NCBI GenBank assembly: GCA_036004545.1
Contig: DASYRI010000070.1
Span: forward strand, 5,252-69,251
Source of the DNA: Gemmatimonadales bacterium
Lineage (GTDB): Bacteria > Gemmatimonadota > Gemmatimonadetes > Gemmatimonadales > GWC2-71-9
Direction: 5' to 3'
Length of the DNA stretch: 64,000 nt
Positions within the stretch are counted from its first letter, which is position 1; each line of letters begins with the position of its first letter. The translations under genes and the position numbers were made by a program. The notes beneath the pieces are model-generated. The model was not told the origin of the DNA and did not search any database. It was given only the letters and a program-made list of their open reading frames with translations. Below are positions 9,045 through 16,419 of this stretch, piece after piece.

Positions 9045-9566
9045 TCACTTGGGGGCGATGACCATCGTCATGTTCTTGCCTTCGAGCCGGGCGTCGAACT
9101 CGATCTTTCCGATGTCGGCGAGCACCGCCGCCACCCGGTCGAGCACCGCCTTGCCCAGATCAATCCGGGCCATCTGCCGGCCCCGGAACATCATCGTCAC
9201 CTTGCACTTGTTCCCTTCCGCCAGAAACTCGCGCATGTGGCGGGTCTTGAAATCGAAGTCGTGGTCGTCGATGCCCGGGCGGAATTTCACCTCCTTGATC
9301 TCGATCACGTGCTGCTTCTTCTTCGCCGCGCGGGCCGCCTTCGCCTCCTCGAACTTGTATTTCCCGTAGTCCATGATCTTGACCACGGGGGGCCGGGCCA
9401 TCGGCGCCACTTCCACCAGGTCGAGCCCCCGCTCTTCCGCGGCGGCGAGCGCTTCCTCGATCGGCAGGACTCCCAGCTGTTCACCGGAATCCGAGATGAC
9501 GCGGACCGGGCTGATCCGGATCATCCGGTTGACGCGCGTCCGGCGCTCGCGCTCGTTTGTGCTCAG
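9045..9566 (-). CDS. infC: translation initiation factor IF-3, probable CUG start
   Basis: IF-3 N- and C-domains. The frame stays open upstream of the ATG at 9524 and encodes conserved [15 protein letters not shown] at 9566-9564 lies 7 nt after GGAGG (9578-9574). Non-AUG infC starts are well established. Confidence 0.85.
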   Translation of the reverse strand: MSTNERERRTRVNRMIRISPVRVISDSGEQLGVLPIEEALAAAEERGLDLVEVAPMARPPVVKIMDYGKYKFEEAKAARAAKKKQHVIEIKEVKFRPGIDDHDFDFKTRHMREFLAEGNKCKVTMMFRGRQMARIDLGKAVLDRVAAVLADIGKIEFDARLEGKNMTMVIAPK

Positions 9567-9585
9567 TGGTCGGCCTCCCGGGTTG

Positions 9586-9617
9586 GCGAAACAAAAACAC
9601 CCCGCCGGGCGGGGTGT
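9586..9617 (-). terminator. intrinsic terminator/attenuator hairpin immediately upstream of the infC RBS
   Basis: Minus strand: ACACCCCG-cccgg-CGGGGTGT followed by TTTTTGTTT. Confidence 0.6.
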
Positions 9618-9733
9618 TCCGGAGCGCTCCCCCGCCGGAACCGCACGGCGCGAGGGAGCGAGTCAGGAACCCGTTCGCCGGACTGCTGGCTCAGGGTGGG
9701 GGGCGTGTCCGCCCCCGCTTCTTGGCGGGGAGA

Positions 9734-9762
9734 AGAATAGCCGGGGCCCAGAGCCGCTGCAA
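9734..9762 (-). promoter_or_regulatory. candidate sigma70-type promoter for the infC-rpmI-rplT leader
   Basis: Minus strand: TTGCAG-N17-TATTCT. Pattern match only. Confidence 0.3.
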
Positions 9763-9842
9763 CCCGTTCTGCCCGGGTGCGCTCTCAGCCGTAGCTCCCC
9801 ACCGGGTCCGTCCATGCGCCTGGATTCCGGCGACCGGCGGCG

Positions 9843-10583
9843 CTAAACCACCCACCCGGCCAGGCGCCCCTCGACCACCTCCACGGCCCGGAACAGCTCC
9901 CGGAAGTCCTCCACCACGAAGAGCACCGGCTGCAGGTGGTCAATCTCGAACGGCTGCTCGAGGACGGCCTCGAGGTCGAAGGGACGCCGGTGGCAATCGG
10001 GCCCCAGAGCCTTGGCCGCGTCGGCGTGGGAGGAGATCAACCCGCTGCCGTAGATCCTGACCGCCCCGCCCTCCCGGATCAAGCCGAACTCGACGGTGAA
10101 CCAGAAGAGCCGGGCCATTCGCTGGACCGCCTCGGGCGCCTCGGCGCGGGACGCCACCTCGCCGAACCGCTGGAGGAAATCGGCGAAGACCGGATCGGCA
10201 TGGAGGGGTACGTGCCCGAAGACGTCGTGGAACACGTCCGGCTCGGGCACGTAATCGAGCCGGTCGGCCGGGCGGATGGTGACCGTGGTGGGGAACCGGC
10301 GCCCTGCCAGCGCGCGGAAGAACTCGCCGGCGGGTAGGAATCCCGCTACCGGCACCGCCGACCACCCGGTCCGGGCCGCGAGGCGCCGGTTGAGCACGGC
10401 AAGGTCGGGGATGCGGTCCGCCTCGAGTCCGATCGCCTCGGCCCCCTCGAGGAAGACCCGGCTCGCGGTGCGGCGGAGCGCGGGCATCCGGCGGGAATAC
10501 AAGGTTGCCCACACGGCGTGCTGCGCATCGGTGTACGCCGCCCAGTCCTGCTGAACGGGCGGGGCGACGAGGGACTCGGACAT
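9843..10583 (-). CDS. phhA: phenylalanine 4-monooxygenase (aromatic amino acid hydroxylase)
   Basis: Y..QHAVW..L, F....R..D.L.Y..EPD.FHD.FGH.P., RLFWFTVEFGL. Start at MSESL, 6 nt after GGAGG. The 70-aa N-terminal extension in the ORF track was rejected. Confidence 0.9.
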   Translation of the reverse strand: MSESLVAPPVQQDWAAYTDAQHAVWATLYSRRMPALRRTASRVFLEGAEAIGLEADRIPDLAVLNRRLAARTGWSAVPVAGFLPAGEFFRALAGRRFPTTVTIRPADRLDYVPEPDVFHDVFGHVPLHADPVFADFLQRFGEVASRAEAPEAVQRMARLFWFTVEFGLIREGGAVRIYGSGLISSHADAAKALGPDCHRRPFDLEAVLEQPFEIDHLQPVLFVVEDFRELFRAVEVVEGRLAGWVV

Positions 10584-10600
10584 GGCGGCCTCCAGGGAAT

Positions 10601-10639
10601 GTGAAAAGCAGAGCGGCCCGTGGGGATTCACGGGCCGCT
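10601..10639 (-). terminator. terminator-like hairpin in the phhA 5' leader (attenuator candidate)
   Basis: Minus strand: AGCGGCCCGTG-aauccc-CACGGGCCGCT then CUGCUUUUC. An upstream copy of CACGGGCCGC (10706-10697) can pair with the 5' arm. Confidence 0.55.
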
Positions 10640-10764
10640 CGGAACGTTCGGGACTCGGTGCGCTGCTGCCTGCTACCGCCTCGAGTGCCTCCGGCCGCGG
10701 CCCGTGGTGGGGGTCGCGTAGCAATAGCGGGAGGCGCGGGCTACGGGATGCATTGGCGAAGCTG

Positions 10765-10793
10765 AGCATAATCGCGCGCAACCGACCGGTCAA
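10765..10793 (-). promoter_or_regulatory. candidate sigma70-type promoter for phhA
   Basis: Minus strand: TTGACC-N17-TATGCT. Pattern match only. Confidence 0.35.
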
Positions 10794-11016
10794 CCACGGC
10801 CCCGCGCTCCCGCCGTCGGCCCACGAGGCGGTGGTCGAGAATCAGGAATTGCGCGATCGCCGCGGAAGTCGTAACTCTCACGGAGCTGTTCGTGGCCGGT
10901 TGGGAAGCCCATCCGCGGGCGGTCGCAGGCCCCCGGATCGAGCCCAACCCCTTGGACAGCGCACACGCCCGCCAACCCGACGAGTGCTGGTCTTCCCTCG
11001 GTCCCTGAGGCGACCC

Positions 11017-12597
11017 ATGCGCGCGCCCCTGCCCGCCGTCCTGCTCGGCCTCGCCCTCGCCGCCTCCGCGCCGGCCCAGGCCCCGTCCGCCGGGGCGCCG
11101 TTCCGCGCGCGCACCCTCGCCGAGGACCTGCAGATGTTCACGGGGGTGCTCAATCAGATCCGGGTCAATCACCCCGATTCCACCGACGGCCACCGGCTCA
11201 TCATGGCCGCCATTCGCGGCATGCTCGCCGCCCAGGACCCCCACTCCTACGTGATCCAGTATCAGCCCCTTATCGAAGCGAAGGAGAAGGACCTCCGCGA
11301 GGGCAGGCTGGTGCCGGTGCCGATCGTGTTCCGGTTCCTCGGCGGAGCACCCGTCGTGGTGGGCGTGGCTCCGGGAACCGGCGCGGCGCGCTCCGACATC
11401 CTGCCGGGGGACGAGCTGGTGAAGGTGGATGGCGCTCCGGTGAGCGTGGAAAGCGCCGAAGAGCTCGAGGTGGTGCTGGCGGGGAAGAAGGGTTCGCCGG
11501 TCCGGCTCGCCTTCGAGCGACAACGCTCCGACGGATCCCGCGCAACGGTGGAGCGCGACGTGAAGCGGGAGAGCGCCGAGGAGGCGGCGGCGGTACCGGC
11601 GGCGTTCATGGTGGACGATTCAACCGGCTACGTTCGGCTCACCACCTTCGCCTCGACCAGGGCGTCCGACGAGCTTCGCGCGGCGGTCGGCCGGCTGGAG
11701 GACCAGAAGATGCGGCGGCTCCTGCTCGACCTCCGCGACAACGGCGGCGGGAGCGTGACCGAGGCGTCCGACGTGGCGGGGCTCTTCCTGCCCAAGGGAG
11801 CGGTCATCTACATGACCGAGGGCCGGAAGAAGGAAACCAACGACACGGTGCGGGTGAAACGCTCGTTCCTGAGCCACGAGAAGCGGTACCCCGTGGTGGT
11901 GCTCATCAACGCGGCCACGGCGAGCGCCTCCGAGCTGGTGGCCGGGGCGCTCCAGGACCACGACCGGGCGCTGATCGTGGGCCGGCCGAGCTTCGGCAAG
12001 TCCCTCGTCATGCAGGGCTTCCCCCTGCCCGACGGTTCGCTCATGTGGATGGTGACGAGCCACGCCAGGACCCCCTGCGGCCGGGTGATCCAGCGGCAGT
12101 ACCGGCAGGTCACCGTGCGCGAGTATTACCGGCGCGCCGCCGCCGAGCGGGACACCCTCGGCCGGCCCGCGTGCCGGACGGACGCGGGGCGCACCGTCTA
12201 CGGCGGGGGGGGGATCTATCCCGACGTTCTGCTCAAGGCGCAGGCCGACCGGCCACTCTGGCTCGATCGCCTCCACGAGCAGCTGCTGCCGCTCAAGTGG
12301 GTGTCCGGATACCTCGGCGCCAACCCCGCGCTGCTGGGCGCGCTCGAGGAGCTCGCCAGGAGTCCCACCCTGCCCGCCGGTGCCGCGGCGGATTTCCGCG
12401 CCTTCGCTGCGCGCGAGGGCGCGATCGTCCCCGCCGGCGCCGAGGCCGACTCGCTGCTCCAGGCGGACCTGCTGCCCCGCCTGGCGTGGGCGAAATGGGG
12501 CGCCGAGGGCTACTACCGGATCGCCGCGGTGCTCGACGGCGAGGTGCGGCGCGCCCTGGAGACGTTCGGCCGGGCGGGGCTGCTGACCGGACGCTAG
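11017..12597 (+). CDS. S41 family C-terminal processing (tail-specific) peptidase, secreted
   Basis: Signal peptide MRAPLPAVLLGLALAASAPAQA, PDZ-like segment, DLRDNGGGS and LINAATASASE catalytic motifs. ATG follows a GAGG. Confidence 0.85.
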   Translation: MRAPLPAVLLGLALAASAPAQAPSAGAPFRARTLAEDLQMFTGVLNQIRVNHPDSTDGHRLIMAAIRGMLAAQDPHSYVIQYQPLIEAKEKDLREGRLVPVPIVFRFLGGAPVVVGVAPGTGAARSDILPGDELVKVDGAPVSVESAEELEVVLAGKKGSPVRLAFERQRSDGSRATVERDVKRESAEEAAAVPAAFMVDDSTGYVRLTTFASTRASDELRAAVGRLEDQKMRRLLLDLRDNGGGSVTEASDVAGLFLPKGAVIYMTEGRKKETNDTVRVKRSFLSHEKRYPVVVLINAATASASELVAGALQDHDRALIVGRPSFGKSLVMQGFPLPDGSLMWMVTSHARTPCGRVIQRQYRQVTVREYYRRAAAERDTLGRPACRTDAGRTVYGGGGIYPDVLLKAQADRPLWLDRLHEQLLPLKWVSGYLGANPALLGALEELARSPTLPAGAAADFRAFAAREGAIVPAGAEADSLLQADLLPRLAWAKWGAEGYYRIAAVLDGEVRRALETFGRAGLLTGR

Positions 12598-12601
12598 CGC
12601 C

Positions 12602-14520
12602 TTACCACGCGATGCCGTAGTCCCCCCGTGGTGGCTCGACCCGCCCCACATGGTGCCGTGCTTCCGATCGAAGAGGATGGCGTTGATCGGCCCCGAGGTC
12701 CGCTCCTGGAATTCGAGGGTGTACCCCATCCGGCGCAGCTCGGCGCGCACCCACTCGGGCACCGCCTCGGCCACGAGCATGCGGCCCGGGCGCGCGCCGT
12801 GCTGGGCAAACGAGGAGCGCATCTGGTACGAGTTGATGTTGGCCGCTTCGACTGCCTGCTGCGGCGTCATGCCGAACTCGACCACGTTGAGGAAGAACTG
12901 GAGCAGGTTCTGGTCCTGGCTGTCCCCGCCCTGCACCGCGAAGGCGAGGTACGGGGCGCCGTCCTTGAGCGCGAGCGTCGGGGTGAGCGTGACCCGCGGG
13001 CGCTTGCCGGGCTCCACCACGTTGAAGGGCCCGTCGGCGCTGTCGAGCACGAAGCTCTGCATCCGCTGGCTCAGCCCCACGCCGGTGCGGCCCGCGATCA
13101 CCGCGGGCACCCACCCGCCGCTCGGGGTCACCGAGACGACCCAGCCCTCCTCGTCGGCCGCCTCGATCGAGGTCGTCCCCCGGTTGAACGATTCCCTGAA
13201 CGGGTCGCCCACAGATTCCACGGATAGTCCTTCTGTGTAATCTGTGGGCGTAGTGTTCTGCGCGAGATCTGTGGGCGGAATGGCTTCGCCGCCGGCAGTC
13301 GGCGCGGTGGGCGAGCCCGAGACCCTCCACCTGGCAAGGAGATCCTTGAAGGGGTTGATCCCGCCCTGGTACGGATAGGGATCGCCGGGCTTCACCGTTG
13401 GATGGTTGCGCTCCCAGTTGATCTCCCCATAACGGGCTTTCGCGTATTCCTTCGACAGCAATCCGCGAACCGGCTCCTCGGGCGGAAACGCGGGGTCGCC
13501 GTAGTAGAAGTCCCGGTCGGCGAAGGCGAGGTTCATCGCCTGGTAGACGGTGTGGATGTAGCGGGCGCTGTTGTAGCCCATCGCCTTGAGATCGGCGTTC
13601 TCCAGGATGTTGAGCGCCTGGAGCAGCGCTGGCCCCTGCTGCCAGATCGGGAGCTTGTACACGGTGATGCCCTTGTACGTGGTGGAGAGCGGCTCCTCGA
13701 TCTTGACCTTCCAGTCGGCGAGATCGCGCATGGTGATGAGGCCGCCCTCCTCCCGGACGCCGCGGACCAGCTCTTCTGCTATGTCCCCCTTGTAGAAGCG
13801 GTCGTAGGCGGCGTAAATCGCCTCCTTCCGGCTCTTCCCCGCCTTGAGCGCGGCCTGCTCCGCCTCGACCAGCTTCCGGAGCGTCACGGCGAGATCGGCC
13901 TGCCGGAAGATCTCTCCGGCGGCCGGCGCCTCCCTCGCTTCGCCCTGATGGGGCAGATAGACCGCGGTCGAGTACTTCCACTGCTTGATGCGCGCCTTCT
14001 CTCTCTCGATCGAATTGGCGGTCTGGGCCTCGATGGGGTAGCCGTCGGCCATCTCGATGGCCGGCGCCAGCACCTCCTTGAGCGAGAGGCGCCCGTACTC
14101 GGCGAGCATGGTCAGGAGCCCCCCGGGCGTGCCCGGCGTCACCGCCGCCAGCGGGCCGTATTCGGGCGGAAACTTCAGCCCCTTCGACTTGAAGAACGCC
14201 GGCGTCGCCCCGGTCGGCGCCACGCCGAGCCCGTTGATGCCGATCACCTTCTTGAGTCCGGGATGCCAGATCAGCGCCTGGGTCTCCCCACCCCAGGAGA
14301 GCACGTCCCACATGGTGGTGCCGGCGGCGAGCATGGCGCAGGCGGCGTCCACCGCGTTGCCCCCCTTCGCGAAGATGAGGGCGCCGGCGGTGGCGCTGAG
14401 CGGCTTGCCGGTGATGGCCATCCAGTGGCGGCCGTGCAGCGGAGGCTTGGCGGTGCGCTGGGCGGCGGCGGGGATCGCGAGCAGACTCAGGGCGGAAAGC
14501 ATGGCGATGATGGGGTGCAT
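12602..14520 (-). CDS. ggt: gamma-glutamyltransferase family protein; apparent 1-nt frameshift 7 codons before the expected stop
   Basis: Signal peptide, Ntn-hydrolase processing site NRG/TTSIEA. The main frame (ORF 11620..14589) reads ..MWGGSSHHGG, then the expected end DYGIAW* is in the ORF 12602..14311 frame. The switch falls at the C6 run 12622-12627. Confidence 0.85.
13206..13277. repeat. 11-nt word CGCCCACAGAT / ATCTGTGGGCG: one inverted plus two direct copies inside ggt
   Basis: 13206-13216 (inverted), 13240-13250 and 13267-13277. Lower-GC patch encoding PPTDLAQNTTPTDYTE in the linker before the GGT processing site. Confidence 0.7.
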
Positions 14521-14585
14521 GGTGGGACTCCTCACCGGAGAAGCGTCAACAGTCAAGCGGAGCTGCGGGGCGGGCCGGTGGACAC

Positions 14586-15557
14586 TCACTTTCGGAGATC
14601 GGCTGCGGGCTCAGGGCTGCCGGCGACCGGCGCGGGAACGGCGTCCACCAGCTCGACGCCCTTCTCGTTTCCCGCCAGCCGGCCCATCACCACGTCGTGA
14701 TCGTGCCCGAAAAAGAGCCTCCAGTCCCGGTCGAGCGCCTCCTTGACCAGCCGCCGCTTCGATTCGAGGGTGCGAAGCGGCTCCACATCGTAGCCCATGA
14801 TCCAGGGAAGCGGGAGATGGTGCCGGGTCGGCATCACGTCGGCGAGGAAGCAGAGCGCTTCCCCCCCGCTTCGGACCAGCACGCTCTGGTGGAACGGCAC
14901 GTGGCCGGGGGTGAGTCGCACCGAGATCCCGGACACCACCTCGCCGTCCCCGTCGAGCAGCTCGAGCTTCCCCGCCGCCGCGACCGGCTCGAAGTTGTGG
15001 GGAAGATAGGAGGCCCGGGTCCGCTCGTTGGGCCGCCGGGCGAAGTCGAGGTCGCCGCGCTGCACCAGGTAGGTCGCGTTCGGAAACGAAAGACGGACCG
15101 CCGGAACGACGGAAGGACGGTCGGTGCCCGCCCCCCCACCTTCCGTCTTTCCGTCCTTCCGCCCGTCAACAAACGTATTCCCCCCGGCATGATCGAAGTG
15201 CAGGTGGGTGTTGATCACCCGGGTTACTTCCGCGGGGGTGAAGCCTGCCTCGGCGAGCGCCGCCTCGAGCCGGGTCCGGCCGTCCGGGCCGGCGTTCTCG
15301 ATGCCGTAGATGTCGCGGAACTTCGGGTCTTCCTTGTTGCCCAGCGCCGTGTCCACCAGCACCAGGCCGTCGGGATGCTCGATGAGCAGGCAGCGCATGG
15401 CGAGCGCGATCCGGTTGCGCTCGTCGGCCGCGATGCGCCGGGACCAGAGCGGCTTCGGCACTACGCCGAACATCGCGCCGCCGTCCAGCCGCTGGGTGCC
15501 GCCCTCCAGGGCGTGGCATCGCAGGGCGCCGAGACCGAAGGAGTGGACCAGGGGCAT
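14586..15557 (-). CDS. MBL-fold metallo-hydrolase
   Basis: THLHFDHAGGN (HxHxDH) and downstream His/Asp ligand regions. Carries an in-frame palindromic insertion right after the motif. Confidence 0.85.
   Translation of the reverse strand: MPLVHSFGLGALRCHALEGGTQRLDGGAMFGVVPKPLWSRRIAADERNRIALAMRCLLIEHPDGLVLVDTALGNKEDPKFRDIYGIENAGPDGRTRLEAALAEAGFTPAEVTRVINTHLHFDHAGGNTFVDGRKDGKTEGGGAGTDRPSVVPAVRLSFPNATYLVQRGDLDFARRPNERTRASYLPHNFEPVAAAGKLELLDGDGEVVSGISVRLTPGHVPFHQSVLVRSGGEALCFLADVMPTRHHLPLPWIMGYDVEPLRTLESKRRLVKEALDRDWRLFFGHDHDVVMGRLAGNEKGVELVDAVPAPVAGSPEPAADLRK
15082..15168. repeat. imperfect palindrome of ACGGAAG/CTTCCGT words, in-frame inside the MBL hydrolase gene
   Basis: cggaaggacgg (15111-15121) is the exact complement of ccgtccttccg (15152-15162). 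Encodes DGRKDGKTEGGGAGTDRPSVVPAVRLS. Confidence 0.8.
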
Positions 15558-15564
15558 GAAGAAA

Positions 15565-15597
15565 GGGGTCAGGGGTCAGGGGTCAGGGGTCAGGGAC
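15565..15597. repeat. (GGGGTCA)x4 heptamer array
   Basis: ggggtca x4 then gggaccg. Covers the exonuclease stop codon and the 25-nt spacer before the MBL start. Confidence 0.85.
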
Positions 15598-16419
15598 CGG
15601 CGTCAACGGTCTCCGCCTCGCCGTCTGCATTCCCTCGAGATCCGCCAGCGTCCTCGCCCCGGCCTCGCGCGCGAGGCGGAGCAGCCGCTCGAGCAGCGCC
15701 GCCGTCACCAGCGCGTCGCCGGCGGCGCGGTGCCGGGCGGAGTTCTCCAGGGCGAAGTGGTACGAGAGCGCGTCGAGCGCGCAGGACTGCGCGGCCGGCA
15801 CCAGCCGGCGGGCGAGCCGGACGGTGCAGAGCCGGGGTCCCTCGAGCCGGAGGTCGCGGGTCCGGCGGAGCTCGGCCGATACGAAGGCCCAGTCGAAACG
15901 CGCGTTGTGGGCCACGAAGACCCGGCCGGCCAGGGCGTCGAGGACCCGGTCCGCCACCTCCTCGAACCGCGGCGCGGCGCGCACCATCCCGTCGCTGATG
16001 CCGGTCATGGCGCTCACGATGGACGGTATGGGACGGCCGGGGTTCACCAGCGATTCGAACAGGAGCTCGCGGCGGGCGCCATGCCGCAGCACGATCGCGA
16101 TCTCGGTGACCCGGTCGCTGGTCGCCGGGCGCATCCCGGTGGTCTCCACATCCACCACCGCGAAGGCGCACTCCTCCAGGAGTGGCACCCCGCGCGCCGC
16201 GGCGACCAGGCTCCAGCCGCGGGCGTCGGGACCACGCTGCACCCGCGGATCGGCGCCCAGGAGCGCCACCAGCAGCCGTTCCGCCACTACTGGCGGCGCG
16301 TTCGGGAGGCCGAGGATCGCGCGGGCCAGCCATTCGGCGGTGCGCGGCTCGACCGAAAGAGCGGTAAGGGCGCGGTCCACCAGCGTGGAGGCGGGACGGG
16401 GGGCGAGTCCGCCGGTCAC
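15583..16419 (-). CDS. DnaQ/epsilon-like 3'-5' exonuclease (DEDDh) with an ~85-aa N-terminal extension
   Basis: Exo motifs VVDVETTG, HNARFDW, H.A..DA. GTG start in a GTGA overlap with the arcA stop. The 712-aa ORF-track product was rejected. Confidence 0.85.
   Translation of the reverse strand: MTGGLAPRPASTLVDRALTALSVEPRTAEWLARAILGLPNAPPVVAERLLVALLGADPRVQRGPDARGWSLVAAARGVPLLEECAFAVVDVETTGMRPATSDRVTEIAIVLRHGARRELLFESLVNPGRPIPSIVSAMTGISDGMVRAAPRFEEVADRVLDALAGRVFVAHNARFDWAFVSAELRRTRDLRLEGPRLCTVRLARRLVPAAQSCALDALSYHFALENSARHRAAGDALVTAALLERLLRLAREAGARTLADLEGMQTARRRPLTPVPDP

Noticed and set aside
10598-10632. TGTGAA ... TTCAC near the phhA leader as a second Rex operator.
   Set aside because: The half-sites are separated by ~21 nt instead of 4. 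They simply flank the terminator hairpin arm.
10584-10793. The 70-aa N-terminal extension of PhhA (ORF start 10793), and similar extensions of pheT (7613), the S41 peptidase (10582), the exonuclease (17721), asparaginase II (40607), hldA (37971), ftsK (61731) and others.
   Set aside because: The internal starts align with the conserved N-termini of each family. They are preceded by SD-like sequences or form ATGA/GTGA overlaps with the upstream stop. The extensions are compositionally junk or overlap neighbouring genes.
11620-12601. The 330-codon C-terminal continuation of the GGT reading frame (ORF 11620..14589).
   Set aside because: It runs antisense through the well-supported S41 peptidase gene and has no GGT-like sequence. 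It is explained by a 1-nt frameshift at 12622-12627.
15565-15597. Short tandem repeats as possible CRISPR arrays (also at 6735, 27901, 40799 and 53900).
   Set aside because: The repeat period is 6-8 nt with no spacers, the arrays are under 110 nt, and there are no cas genes. They are microsatellite or palindromic repeats, not CRISPR.
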